Position numbers and translations under genes: made by a program. A stretch of DNA of 63,808 nucleotides, filler included. It is 5 parts of 5 records of this genome, joined end to end, with 100 filler letters (N's around TTAATTAATTAA, not from the genome) between each part and the next. Parts side by side here need not be neighbours in the genome. Positions count along the whole stretch, not along the records: positions 1 to 19,994 come from DRR723986_7092; positions 20,095 to 32,282 come from DRR723986_7093; 3 more parts are not named here. One strand, given 5' to 3'. The notes under the pieces were generated by a model that made no database searches, was not told the origin of the DNA, and saw nothing but the letters and a program-made list of their open reading frames with translations. Shown in pieces: positions 17,482-27,710 of this stretch (its first letter is position 1; the number at the start of each line of letters is the position of its first letter).

Positions 17482-18716
17482 TGGGCTACTCCTGCCTGTT
17501 TCGCGGCTTGTTGAATAATGCTCAGGGCTTCTGGGCTGTTCGCGAATACCGATTGTGCCTCGCCATAAATTGCGGTGGCCTGCTCGGTATTTCCCAGCAC
17601 GGCAAGCGCACCAATCAAGCGGGCCCACTCGGGGGGCTTGCCCCCTTCGGTTGCTAGCCTGTCGGACAGACGGTTCACCATGCCTTGAATCATCTCTTGG
17701 CGTTCGCTGGCGGTCATTTCACCAGCTGCTTCGATGTCGTCCCGATCTGGTCCGACGTCAGATGTGGCGCCCTGTACCGCTTCTGGCGCGAGTTCATATT
17801 CGACCCCAGCGCGAAAGGCGACTTCTTCGATTTGTGCGCGAATTGCGCCAATCCAAGGTGCCCCGGCTGGCCCTTGTTGTAGGGTTTGGTTCCAGATGCG
17901 AAAGGCAAGATCTGGTCGGTCAATCTGGATTAGCAAGCGTCCCCAGTAAAACCGAGCCGGGCCGTTCTTCGGGTCAATTTCAAGTGCGCGCGCCAAAGCC
18001 TGTTCCGCCTCGGCGGACACATATCCACCAGCGGCGACAATCATCATTTCGCCGAATTCTGAAAAATCCTGACTCGTAGCTTTGGGTCCCAATAGGCTGA
18101 GCACACGGGCCTTCGCCTCATACGCCCCTTTGGGATTGCCAACGTTTGCTTCGTGCTGAGCCAACAGAACATGGCCCTGTAAATCATCTGGCCGTTCGGC
18201 AACTGTTTGGCGTAACTGCTTGACCAAGTTAGCATAATCTTCGGGCAACTCAGGCACAGGGGCTGCAGGCATGCGGGCTTCGGCAGTCAATTGGTCCAAG
18301 CGGTTTGCGCGCAAATCTTTGGACCGTTCCAGCCGCAATGACAGTGGAAGATCGCCATATCCGGGCGCACCCAGTGATTGATACAAGCTCAACGCGCCCC
18401 CAATCACACCCGCCACCAATACAAGGGAAACCCCAATATTGACCGCGCGCGCCTGTGTCTTACCTTTGCTTTCAGCCTGAATTTGTGCGTCAGCGGCCAA
18501 AATCCGGCGCGAAATCTCAGTTCGGATGCGCGATGCGTCCGCATCGGCAATGACACCGCGCGCAAGATCGCGATCAACGCTCTCTAACTGTTCTCGATAA
18601 ACGCGCAGATCAGAGGCCGCAGCGGGCTCTAACTGTGGCCGACCACGCAGCAGGGCCAAAAGCAAAAACGCCGCCACCAGCAGCGCCATGAGGGAGATCA
18701 GGATCCAGAAGGTCAT
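17478..18716 (-). CDS. ccmI: Cytochrome c maturation protein CcmI/CycH
   Basis: N-terminal TM, VYREQLESVDRDLARG, EISRRIL, LYQSLGAP, TPR region, IQGMVNRL. Confidence 0.92.
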   Translation of the reverse strand: MTFWILISLMALLVAAFLLLALLRGRPQLEPAAASDLRVYREQLESVDRDLARGVIADADASRIRTEISRRILAADAQIQAESKGKTQARAVNIGVSLVLVAGVIGGALSLYQSLGAPGYGDLPLSLRLERSKDLRANRLDQLTAEARMPAAPVPELPEDYANLVKQLRQTVAERPDDLQGHVLLAQHEANVGNPKGAYEAKARVLSLLGPKATSQDFSEFGEMMIVAAGGYVSAEAEQALARALEIDPKNGPARFYWGRLLIQIDRPDLAFRIWNQTLQQGPAGAPWIGAIRAQIEEVAFRAGVEYELAPEAVQGATSDVGPDRDDIEAAGEMTASERQEMIQGMVNRLSDRLATEGGKPPEWARLIGALAVLGNTEQATAIYGEAQSVFANSPEALSIIQQAAKQAGVAQ

Positions 18717-18770
18717 CCAAGGTCTTTCTTTGTGTCGTCCCCATGTATCGGTGCTAGCGGTCTTAAAAAA

Positions 18771-18803
18771 GAGGCAAATGGCCGCGAGGGGAGACCATGT
18801 CGC
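18771..18803. promoter_or_regulatory. Possible RegA/PrrA-like sites upstream of ccmI
   Basis: GAGGC-N5-GCCGC and GAGAC-N3-GTCGC resemble GCGRC...GNCGC. The consensus is degenerate. Confidence 0.25.
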
Positions 18804-18893
18804 AATTATGAGATATTGTGACGGAACGCGGCGCGGCTATTGTAGGGGCGCACGGCATACCTGCTCCTAACCACGGACGGATCGGATTCGCTC

Positions 18894-19994
18894 ATGAAAC
18901 ATTACTCAGCCTTTGCTGTGGCGCGCGAAGCACTGCGCTATCACACCGGATGGGAGCGCGCATGGCGCTCACCTCAACCTAAGAAACGCTACGATGTGAT
19001 CATCGTGGGCGCCGGGGGGCATGGTCTTGCGACCGCCTATTACCTGGGCAAAAACTACGGCATCCAAAACGTTGCCGTGATCGAAAAGGGATGGCTTGGC
19101 GGTGGCAATACCGGCCGGAACACAACCATCATCCGTTCGAATTATCTTCAGGACCCATCGGCGGCGATCTACGAAAAAGCCCGCAGCCTGTACGAGGGCC
19201 TGAGTCAGGACCTGAACTATAACGTGATGTTCAGCCCGCGCGGCGTGATGATGTTAGCGCAGACCCAAAGCGAAATCCGCGGGTATCAGCGTACAGCACA
19301 TGCCAACAATCTGCAGGGTGTCACAACCGAGTGGATCTCGCCCCAGCGGGTTAAAGAGCTGGTGCCGATCATCAATTTGGACGGACCGCGTTACCCTGTT
19401 CTTGGTGCACTCTGGCAGGCCCGCGGCGGCACAGCCCGTCACGATGCGGTTGCTTGGGGCTATGCGCGAGCATGCTCGGCCATGGGCATGGACATCATCC
19501 AGCAATGCGAAGTCACTGGTGTGCGCACCGAAGGCGGCAATGTTGTCGGTGTAGACACCACCAAAGGTGCAATCGACTGTGATAAACTGGGTATGGTTGT
19601 TGCGGGGCACACCGGGCAGTTGGCTGACATGGCGGGCTTCCGTCTGCCGCTGGAATCAATCGCGCTGCAGGCATTGGTGTCTGAGCCGATCAAACCCTGC
19701 ATGGACGTGGTCGTGATGGCCAACACCGTGCACGGCTACATGTCGCAGTCCGATAAGGGCGAGATGGTGATCGGTGGCGGCACCGACGCCTTTAACAACT
19801 ACACCCAGCGCGGTTCGTTCCATCATATCGAGGAAACCGTGCGGGCGCTGGTCGAAACCTTCCCTATGGTGTCGCGCCTGAAAATGCTGCGCCAGTGGGG
19901 CGGTATCGTGGATATGACCGGGGACCGCTCGCCGATCCTGTCGAAAACCCCTGTGGGCGGCTGTTTCGTCAACTGTGGTTGGGGCACCGGCGGG
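18894..19994 (+). CDS. soxB: Sarcosine oxidase beta subunit (3'-truncated by contig end)
   Basis: GAGGHGLATAYYL, GGGNTGRNTTIIRSNY, ARHDAVAWGYA, NCGWGTGG. Confidence 0.95.
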
Positions 19995-20094
19995 NNNNNN
20001 NNNNNNNNNNNNNNNNNNNNNNNNNNNNNNNNNNNNNNTTAATTAATTAANNNNNNNNNNNNNNNNNNNNNNNNNNNNNNNNNNNNNNNNNNNN
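19995..20094. other. Artificial contig linker
   Basis: N-run + TTAATTAATTAA (stops in six frames) + N-run, 100 nt. Confidence 0.99.
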
Positions 20095-21518
20095 TCAAGG
20101 CCAGCCAGTACCTGGTAAGCAATCAGGAGTTCCTGGAATTTGTCGAGGCCGGCGGCTATCAACAAGACGAATACTGGAGCGAGGAGGGGCTGGCCTGGCG
20201 AACCTTTGCCGAAGCCAAACACCCCACGTTCTGGCGCTGGCAAAATGGCTGGCAGCTGCGCCTGATGACTGAAGACGTGGAGATGCCCTGGGACTGGCCG
20301 GTCGAGGTCAACTATCACGAGGCCAAGGCGTTCTGTGAGTGGAAACGTGAGCAAACCGGCAAACCCATCCGTCTGCCCACGGAAGACGAGTGGTATCGCC
20401 TCTGTGACGAAGCCGGCGTCCGGGAAGTGGGTGAATCCCCGGCCAACGCCAACCTCCACCTGGACCATGGTGCCTCGTCGTGTCCGGTAACGCGCTTTCG
20501 CCACGGCCAGTGGTTCGATGTGGTTGGCAACGTCTGGCAGTGGACCGAAACGCCCACCTATCCGTTCGACAACTTCAAGGTGCATCCACTGTACGACGAC
20601 TTCACCACACCCACGTTCGACGGCCAGCACAATCTGATCAAAGGCGGCTCCTGGATTTCCTGTGGCAACGAAGCAAGGCTGGCCTCCCGTTATGCCTTCC
20701 GTCGGCATTTCTTCCAGCATGCAGGCTTCCGCTATATCACCTCCGAGGCCGAGGCGGTTCAACCCAACGCCTACTACGAGAGCGACCGGCTACTCACTGA
20801 ATACGCCGAGTTCCATTACGGCGACCGTTGGTTCGGCGTCGCCAATTTCCCGAAAACCATGGCGGCACTGGCCCTGGACGCTATGGCCGGCAAAAAGACC
20901 GGGAAAGCGCTGGATCTGGGCTGTGCCTGTGGCCGGGCAAGTTTTGAGCTGGCGCGCCAGTTTGACGAGGTTGAAGGTGTCGATTTCTCTGCCAACTTCA
21001 TACGTCTGGGGGTGGAGATGGCCGAGCAGGGCGCCATCCGTTATTCACTGACCGAAGAAGGCGAACTGGTCAGCTACCACACCCGCACCCTGAAAGAACT
21101 GGATCTCGAAGATACCGCCGCCAAGGTGGCGTTCTATCAGGGCGATGCCTGCAACCTGAAGCCCCAGTATTCCGGTTATGACCTGGTATTGGCCGCCAAT
21201 CTGATCGACCGCCTGTACCGGCCACGTCGTTTCCTGGAGTGCATCCACGATCGCATTAACGAAGGCGGGCTGCTGATTATTGCCTCCCCGTATACCTGGC
21301 TTGAAGAACACACCCCGAAAGAGGAATGGCTTGGCGGTTTCAAGAAGGATGGCGAAAATCACCGAACGCTAGACGGCATTCGAGAGTGCCTGGGAGAGCA
21401 CTTCAGGATGGTGGGCGAGCCCCGGAAAGTGCCCTTCGTGATCCGCGAGACCGAGCACAAGTTCCAGCACACGCTGTCTGAAGTGACCGTGTGGGAACGC
21501 AAACCCGCCAGGAGCTGA
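20095..21518 (+). CDS. ovoA: Ovothiol biosynthesis OvoA (sulfoxide synthase FGE domain + methyltransferase), 5'-truncated
   Basis: Open from 20097 (KASQYLVSNQEF). PVEVNYHEA, GNVWQW, YDDFTTPTFD, FRRHFFQHAGFR, YYESDRLLTEYAEFHYG, LDLGCACG, ANLIDRL. Confidence 0.92.
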
Positions 21519-21546
21519 GTGTGATGCCGGCGTTACCAGCTTCTGC

Positions 21547-22305
21547 TTACGAGGCTGGTAGCGCCGCCAAGGCCGACAGGCCACGCTCGCAACCACCCAG
21601 ATACCCACCACCGAACAGGTTGTAGTGGTTAAGGTAGTGGTACAGGTTATAGATTTCTCGCTTGGTGGCGTAGATCTCAGTGCGCGGGTATACGCGATCG
21701 TAGGCACGATAGAATGCCGCGCCGAAACCGCCAAACATCTCGGTCATGGCAAGGTCCGCCTCCCGGTCGCCCTGATACACCGCCGGGTCAATCAGCCAGG
21801 GGCCATTACGGTCAAACATCACGTTGCCGTTCCACAGGTCGCCATGCAGCAGGCTCGGCTGTTCACAATGCTGATCCAGCCAGTTGACCAGGCGGGCATC
21901 ACAGGCTTCCAGAGCGCGCTCGAACCTGGCTCGCACCCCGGCATCTGAGATCCGGCTGACCTGATACTTCAGCCGCTGCTCCAGAAAAAACCGGCCCCAG
22001 GAATCTGTCAGCGTATTGGGTTGAGGTGCCAGGCCAATGAAGTTGTCGCGGCGCCAGCCATATTGATCCCGAGCCAGCAGGTGCAACTGCGCCAGCCCCT
22101 CCCCCAACGCAGTGAGGCACTTGTCGTCGGGCGGTGCTGAGTCAATCCGCCTGAGGGTAAGTCGGTGCTGGTTCACCTCCATAACTTCCGGAATACGGAG
22201 TGCTTCAACCCCTGCCTGCTGCAACCCGTCCCGAAGAGATTCCAGACCCTCAGCTTCGCAGATCAGCGCATCGGCATAGCCCGTGGTATTGGTTTTAACG
22301 TGCAT
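21547..22305 (-). CDS. Fructosamine kinase family protein
   Basis: EAEGL, NFIG..PQ.N, LLHGDLWNGN, IDPAVY.GDREADLAM. Confidence 0.9.
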   Translation of the reverse strand: MHVKTNTTGYADALICEAEGLESLRDGLQQAGVEALRIPEVMEVNQHRLTLRRIDSAPPDDKCLTALGEGLAQLHLLARDQYGWRRDNFIGLAPQPNTLTDSWGRFFLEQRLKYQVSRISDAGVRARFERALEACDARLVNWLDQHCEQPSLLHGDLWNGNVMFDRNGPWLIDPAVYQGDREADLAMTEMFGGFGAAFYRAYDRVYPRTEIYATKREIYNLYHYLNHYNLFGGGYLGGCERGLSALAALPAS

Positions 22306-22408
22306 ATTGACTCCTGATTAGCGCGGGTATGGATCTGTTTGCGCCATAAAACCGTAGCAGGGTTCTGCTAAGATACTTTGCATCCTACCCTCACGGAGTC
22401 CATTCCCA

Positions 22409-23404
22409 GTGCCCATCCGAGCTCTTTTTGCCCGCATTAGCCTCTTACTCGTGCTAGCACCCGCTTCCGCCAATGCGGAACAGTTCAACCTTGCCTGGGA
22501 CAACGATCTATTCACTGGCAGCGACCGGGGCTACACCAATGGCGTGCGCCTGTCTTACCTTACCAATACAGCCGAAGACTCCGGCGGAGGCTCAGCCCGA
22601 CTTGCAAGGACGGGCAGAGATAGTCTGTCATTTCTGCCCGGCGTCGGCGACGCCGACAACAACCATGCAATGAGTGTCAGTCTGCGTCAACTCATGGTGA
22701 CACCGGCAGACATTAGCCAGGAAGAGCCTCAATTCAATGATATCCCCTACGCCGGTCATCTCTCCCTGAGCAGCACCCTCTGGAGCTGGAGTGCTGACAG
22801 TATTACGGGGTACGGCGCTCACATTGGCGTGGTTGGTCCTGAAAGCGGCGCCGAAGCCAGCCAGAAATGGGTGCACAAAATCACCGGGAGCGAACGCCCC
22901 AAAGGATGGGACAACCAGCTAGGGACCGACGTGGTTGGCGGATTTCAGGCGGCCCACGGGCGCAAACTGTTGCAAGCGGGGCAACGCGGCGACCTTGAAC
23001 AACAGTTTTCAGCGGTAGGCTCCGGCCTGCTGTCCAGTTTTCGAACCTCCGCGACCGTTGGCGTGATCTGGCGGATGGGCAGAAACCTTCCGGCCAATTT
23101 TATACCGGATTACGCCGGCAGCTCCTCTGCCATCGCGCTACCCGGATCTTTCAGTGGCGCGAAAAGCGCCTGGTCATTATTCATAGGCCTGGGGGCGGAA
23201 TACATTGCCTATTCCTATCTGGAGGACAATTCCGGGCCCTACCGGTTCAGTGAGGGCCCCCTGCTCGGCCAGATAGGCCTGGGCGGCACCTGGCAGTGGG
23301 ACAACCTGCAAGCGGCGCTGATTTTGCGGGCCACGACGGGGGAAGAACAGCGTAACCAGGATAACTTCAGCTTTGGCACGCTGTCTTTTAGCTGGGTGTT
23401 ATGA
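22409..23404 (+). CDS. lpxR: LpxR-family outer-membrane lipid A deacylase-like protein
   Basis: Signal peptide, DNDLF..SDRGYTNG, Q.MVTP, PYAG, GWDNQL, aromatic beta-barrel C-terminus. Confidence 0.8.
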   Translation: MPIRALFARISLLLVLAPASANAEQFNLAWDNDLFTGSDRGYTNGVRLSYLTNTAEDSGGGSARLARTGRDSLSFLPGVGDADNNHAMSVSLRQLMVTPADISQEEPQFNDIPYAGHLSLSSTLWSWSADSITGYGAHIGVVGPESGAEASQKWVHKITGSERPKGWDNQLGTDVVGGFQAAHGRKLLQAGQRGDLEQQFSAVGSGLLSSFRTSATVGVIWRMGRNLPANFIPDYAGSSSAIALPGSFSGAKSAWSLFIGLGAEYIAYSYLEDNSGPYRFSEGPLLGQIGLGGTWQWDNLQAALILRATTGEEQRNQDNFSFGTLSFSWVL

Positions 23405-23406
23405 GG

Positions 23407-23430
23407 AAGCGCCCCTGTCGGGGCGCTTTT
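23407..23430. terminator. Intrinsic terminator between convergent lpxR and prx
   Basis: AAGCGCCCC-TGTC-GGGGCGCTTTT. Confidence 0.75.
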
Positions 23431-23444
23431 GTCAGTACCAGAAA

Positions 23445-24071
23445 TCAGATTCTGGTCAGGCGCAGGTAAGGACGCAATTCGTTCCAGCCCTGCGGGAACA
23501 TGTCCTTGGCCTTCTCGTTGGAGATGGACGGCGGAATGATCACCTCGCCACCTTTTTTCCAGTCCGCCGGCAATGCACAGCTATTGGCATCGGCCGTCTG
23601 CAGCGCATCGATGGCACGCAGGATCTCGTCGAAGTTACGGCCCACCGCCATCGGGTAGGTCATGGTCAGACGTACTTTCTTGTCCGGATCGATAATGAAC
23701 ACACTGCGCACAGCGGCGGTTTCGCTCTCACCCGGATGGATCATTTCATACAGCTCAGCGATCTTGTGGTCCTCATCGGCAACGATCGGGAACTGCAGAT
23801 CACAGCTCTGAGTGTCGTTTACATCATCAATCCACTTCAGATGTTCTTCGACTGAGTCAGTCGACAAACCGAGAGGCTTCACATTGCGGGCAGCAAACTC
23901 CTGCGCCAGCTGTGCCGTGCGGCCCATTTCTGTGGTGCATACCGGGGTGAAGTCAGCCGGATGGCTGAAGAAGAACACCCAGGAATCGCCGGCCCACTCG
24001 TGAAAGCTCATGGGGCCTTTGGTGGTGTCTACGTTGAAATCAGGGGCAATTTGTCCAAGACGAATCGTCAT
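23445..24071 (-). CDS. 1-Cys peroxiredoxin (Prx6)
   Basis: FSHPADFTPVCTTE, GRNFDEILR. Confidence 0.93.
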   Translation of the reverse strand: MTIRLGQIAPDFNVDTTKGPMSFHEWAGDSWVFFFSHPADFTPVCTTEMGRTAQLAQEFAARNVKPLGLSTDSVEEHLKWIDDVNDTQSCDLQFPIVADEDHKIAELYEMIHPGESETAAVRSVFIIDPDKKVRLTMTYPMAVGRNFDEILRAIDALQTADANSCALPADWKKGGEVIIPPSISNEKAKDMFPQGWNELRPYLRLTRI

Positions 24072-24520
24072 TTCATTTCTCCTGTCGGGGTTTCCACGTT
24101 TGTGGCATTGGTTAACAAAGCTTCAATGGGTTGGGTTTCATGGCCTGCTTCATGGGCCGCTTTGAGCAACATCGGGATATTGCATTGCGGGTTCCGGGCC
24201 CGGGACTGGGCCCACATGTGCACCGCCCGCCGGCCTGTGCGGCAGAATCCGAGAATGGGCGCAGGGGCCGCATCAAGTGCCTGTGCAAAGGCATCCACAT
24301 CCTGTTCGGTGTATTCACCGGAGGCGACCGGCACGCAGAACCACTGCAGGCCCTGGCTGGCTGCTGCTTCCAGGAAGGCTTCTTCACCCTCGTAGCCGTC
24401 CTCGCCCGCGCGGCGATTACAGATCACGGTTCGGAAGCCCTGGCGGCGAATGTCCTCAAAGTCCTCAGGAGCGACCGCATCTGCCACGGCGAATCCTGGT
24501 TCCAGAAAATGAATCTTCAT
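24068..24520 (-). CDS. DUF442/TIGR01244 (Blh-type) sulfurtransferase
   Basis: GFRTVICNR, P-loop FCRTGRR. Downstream of pdo. Confidence 0.85.
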   Translation of the reverse strand: MKIHFLEPGFAVADAVAPEDFEDIRRQGFRTVICNRRAGEDGYEGEEAFLEAAASQGLQWFCVPVASGEYTEQDVDAFAQALDAAPAPILGFCRTGRRAVHMWAQSRARNPQCNIPMLLKAAHEAGHETQPIEALLTNATNVETPTGEMK

Positions 24521-24534
24521 CGTTAATCTCCAGC

Positions 24535-25401
24535 TCAGAAGCCGTTTACCGGGACTTTCAGGTAAACCTGTCCGTTGTCTTCCGCCGGCGGCATGGCCCC
24601 GGCACGCATGTTCACCTGCACCGACGGTACGATCAGCCTCGGCATGGCGAGCGTGGCATCGCGCTCGGTTCGCATCCGCACAAATTCGGATTCGTTCATG
24701 CCCTCGCGAACATGGATGTTACGTTCGCGCTGTTCGGCTACCGTGGTTTCATGCTGGTATTCATCCCGCCCCGGCGCCTTGTAGTCATGGCACAGAAAGA
24801 TCCGCGTCTCGCCGGGCAGAGCCAGTACCTTCTGCACAGACTGGTACAGGGTCTGGGCGTCACCGCCGGGGAAATCGCAGCGGGCGGTACCGGAATCCGG
24901 CGCGAACAGAGTGTCGCCAACAAAGGCCGCATCACCGATAACGTAGGTCAGGCATGCCGGCGTGTGACCAGGCGTGTGAAGGACCTGCCCCTCCAGGTTG
25001 CCAACCCGGAAGGTGTCGCCCTCCTCAAACAACTGGTCAAACTGGCTACCGTCCCGGGCAAATTCGGTGCCGGCGTTGAAGGCTTTTCCGAAGATTTCCT
25101 GAACATCCACAATCTTCGCGCCTATGCCGGTCTTTCCACCCAGGTGTTCGTGCAAGTAGGGCGCAGCGGAGAGGTGGTCGGCATGTACGTGGGTTTCGAG
25201 AATCCACTCCACCTGAAGATTGTTGTCCCGAATAAACGAGATGATCTGATCGGCGGAACGCACGTCGATCCTGCCGGCGGCGTAATCAAAATCCAGTACC
25301 GAGTCGATGATGGCACAGGCCTGGCTGTCAGGATCCTGAACGACGTAGCTGAAGGTGTTGGTCGCTTCGTCGAAGAAGTGAGTGACTGATGGCGTTTGCA
25401 T
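24535..25401 (-). CDS. pdo: Persulfide dioxygenase (ETHE1-like MBL fold)
   Basis: ETHVHADHLS, TPGHTPAC, GDTLF..D.GTARCDFPGG, CHDY. GAGGAG RBS. Confidence 0.92.
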   Translation of the reverse strand: MQTPSVTHFFDEATNTFSYVVQDPDSQACAIIDSVLDFDYAAGRIDVRSADQIISFIRDNNLQVEWILETHVHADHLSAAPYLHEHLGGKTGIGAKIVDVQEIFGKAFNAGTEFARDGSQFDQLFEEGDTFRVGNLEGQVLHTPGHTPACLTYVIGDAAFVGDTLFAPDSGTARCDFPGGDAQTLYQSVQKVLALPGETRIFLCHDYKAPGRDEYQHETTVAEQRERNIHVREGMNESEFVRMRTERDATLAMPRLIVPSVQVNMRAGAMPPAEDNGQVYLKVPVNGF

Positions 25402-25457
25402 CGTCGTGTCCTCCTCGGGCATGGGTATCGTTAACTCACACCCTCAGTAGACCATAC

Positions 25458-25482
25458 TTTTAGATATAACCATATACCATTA
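25458..25482 (-). promoter_or_regulatory. Shared TATA-N4-TATA operator/promoter motif upstream of pdo
   Basis: TTTTAGATATAACCATATACCATTA, similar to copies at 26954 and 31661. Confidence 0.65.
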
Positions 25483-25585
25483 ACGCATATAAAATTTGAT
25501 ATAGGCGATAGCTACGGTAAATCACATATTAAAAGCTTTAATTAATTCGCTATGGATGAAGGACGGAGGACTAAATCACTGAAGG

Positions 25586-25610
25586 GGCGCCCTGTCCGGG
25601 CGCCGTTTTT
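25586..25610. terminator. Hairpin downstream of sqr
   Basis: GGCGCCC-TGTCC-GGGCGCC with an adjacent T tract on the + strand. Confidence 0.4.
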
Positions 25611-25622
25611 CTGAACGTTGTT

Positions 25623-26888
25623 TCAGTGATGCTCGCGGACGGCAGGGCCGGCCAGCCACTCCCGACCTTTGAGCATACCGTGCCAGTATAAGGTGGGCAG
25701 TTGCTTGGCCTTGAGCCACCAGGCAGCGCGGGTGGCTTTGGTGCCATCGTTTACCCACTGCGGGAAACTGGGCTGAAGCACACCGTTATAGCCAAATTCG
25801 GCCAGCACGATGCGGCCGTTCTCTACCGTCAACGGGCAGGAACCGTACCCGAGGTAAGCCGCAGGCAGGGGCTGATTCCGTAAACTTGCAATGAGGTTTT
25901 CCGCCACGACCGGCGCCTGCTTTCGAACGGCTGCGGCGGTTTTGGCATTACCGGTGCCGCTCACGTCGCCAAGTCCGAATATATTGGCACAGGTTTTGTG
26001 TTGGAGCGTATCGTCCGCCAGATTCAACCAGCCACCGTCATTGGCCAGAACGGACTCGCGGATGAAACCGGGCGCCCGCTGGGGCGGCACCGCGTGCAAC
26101 ATATCGAAATCCAGTTCCCGATCCTGACTGTTACCTTCAGCGTCCGTAAGCCGGAACGTAGCTTTCCGGGCGGGGCCGTTAACAGCTACCAGATTGCTCT
26201 GAAAGTTGACTTGAATACCGTATTTATCGATGTATTCCTGAAGTGCCGGGACATAAGCCGGCACTCCGAACAGAACCGCTCCGGCATTATGAAACTGAAT
26301 ATCGAGTTGGCCAAGAACTCCGTTTCTGCGCCAATGGTCGGAAGACAGATACATCGCTTTCTGCGGCGCCCCGGCACATTTGATAGGCATGGGTGGCTGG
26401 CTGAACAGGGCCCTTCCCTTTTTCAGGGCCTGTACCGTTTGCCAGGTGTATTGCGCCACACCCTGACGGTAGTTGGACGTCACACCATTGTCCCCAAGCG
26501 CGGATTCCAGACCATCAATCGCAGACCAGTTCAGCTCCAGCCCCGGCGCCAGCACCAGTGCCTGATAGGAGATGCTCGAACCGTCCGCCAGCCTTACCTG
26601 ATTCTGCTCCGGCATTACGCCCGAAACCGCCTGCTGATACCAGGAGACAAAACCCGGCATCACCTGTGACATGGGCCGGGAGGTAACCTCCGGCTGAAAA
26701 ACGCCGCCACCGACCATGGTCCAGCCTGGTTGATAGTGATGGGTCGCGGATGGTTCCAGGATCGCGATATCCAGACGGCGGTCCCGTTTGTGCAGGCTGG
26801 ACGCCACCGAGATACCGGCAGCGCCGCCACCAACGATAACAATGGTGTGGTGCCGGTCTGCCCCCGTCGGTTCTGTTCTGCTGTTCAT
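25623..26888 (-). CDS. sqr: Sulfide:quinone oxidoreductase, type II-like
   Basis: GGGAAG, YQPGWTMVGGG, PIKCAGAPQK, AKTAAAVRKQ, YGSCPL, LAEFGY. Confidence 0.92.
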   Translation of the reverse strand: MNSRTEPTGADRHHTIVIVGGGAAGISVASSLHKRDRRLDIAILEPSATHHYQPGWTMVGGGVFQPEVTSRPMSQVMPGFVSWYQQAVSGVMPEQNQVRLADGSSISYQALVLAPGLELNWSAIDGLESALGDNGVTSNYRQGVAQYTWQTVQALKKGRALFSQPPMPIKCAGAPQKAMYLSSDHWRRNGVLGQLDIQFHNAGAVLFGVPAYVPALQEYIDKYGIQVNFQSNLVAVNGPARKATFRLTDAEGNSQDRELDFDMLHAVPPQRAPGFIRESVLANDGGWLNLADDTLQHKTCANIFGLGDVSGTGNAKTAAAVRKQAPVVAENLIASLRNQPLPAAYLGYGSCPLTVENGRIVLAEFGYNGVLQPSFPQWVNDGTKATRAAWWLKAKQLPTLYWHGMLKGREWLAGPAVREHH

Positions 26889-26927
26889 GCCTCTACCCTC
26901 TTGTGTTTGTTCGCACGGCATTTCATC

Positions 26928-26941
26928 TTGATGTATATCAA
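26928..26941. promoter_or_regulatory. FNR/Anr box upstream of sqr
   Basis: TTGAT-GTAT-ATCAA, perfect consensus. Confidence 0.7.
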
Positions 26942-26953
26942 ATCCTAACATCA

Positions 26954-26978
26954 TTTTAGATATATCGTTATATCATTA
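26954..26978 (-). promoter_or_regulatory. Shared operator/promoter motif upstream of sqr
   Basis: TTTTAGATATATCGTTATATCATTA with perfect palindrome GATATA-N4-TATATC, adjacent to a TAAAAT -10-like hexamer on the minus strand. Confidence 0.65.
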
Positions 26979-27110
26979 TGAAATATATAGGGTGCAAGGT
27001 CTTCGCGGCTCACAGCTCATCTGGCAGGAATATCGAGCGGTGGGAGTGGCTTTTTGGCGGTTGGGGCCAGGAGCCGTCAGGCAAACGAGAGGCGTTTACC
27101 TGACTGCGGC

Positions 27111-27710
27111 TCAGTGACTGTCCAGATCCTCATAACCGGTAATCATCGGTTTGATATAACTGGTCAGGGTTTTACCCATGGTGGCCATATAAACGTGGGC
27201 AATCACAAACACCAGCATGGCGAACGCGGCACCGGTGTGAACCAGCGCGACCGTTTCCAGCTGCAGCGCGCCGGCCAGCGTTGCGGGCCAGTCATTATAG
27301 AACAGATACAACAGACCAGAAGCCCAGATAATCGGTGAAATTATCAGTTTGAAGAACAGGTAGGCCAGCCGCTGCAGCGGGTTGTGCTTGGCCCTTGAGG
27401 TCTTTTTGTAGGGATGGGCGGCGCCGGTAAAAGTACCCACCAGATAATAATGCATAACCGCAAACAGGCCATCCCGGGTAGGAATATACTGGCGCCACTC
27501 GCCGGTGGTGAAATGCCAGAAAATGGCAAATATCCACAGCACAATCAGTGCCCAGGCGGCCATCGTATGCACCTGCACGGCGGTACTGAAGCGCATGACG
27601 TCGTAGCTGCCATGAATGGCAAAGCCGGTGAACAGCAAGACAAAAATCAGCAGCGCCTGAGTCCAGTGCCAGAAGCGCTCAAAACGTTTGAACATCAGTA
27701 CCCGGCTCAT
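27111..27710 (-). CDS. Di-heme cytochrome b membrane subunit (PhsC/Ni-hydrogenase cyt b-like)
   Basis: ERFWHW, H in TM2, HNPLQRLAY, H...HVY. ATGA-coupled to OTR. Confidence 0.88.
   Translation of the reverse strand: MSRVLMFKRFERFWHWTQALLIFVLLFTGFAIHGSYDVMRFSTAVQVHTMAAWALIVLWIFAIFWHFTTGEWRQYIPTRDGLFAVMHYYLVGTFTGAAHPYKKTSRAKHNPLQRLAYLFFKLIISPIIWASGLLYLFYNDWPATLAGALQLETVALVHTGAAFAMLVFVIAHVYMATMGKTLTSYIKPMITGYEDLDSH

Noticed and set aside
20039-20050. TTAATTAATTAA palindrome recurring four times
   Set aside because: Centre of artificial N-linkers (six-frame stop spacer), not biological.
14316-26888. Apparent sulfur supercluster linking TauE and 'soxB' with ovoA/sqr
   Set aside because: Spans a linker between different organisms, and this soxB is sarcosine oxidase, not the thiosulfate-oxidation SoxB.
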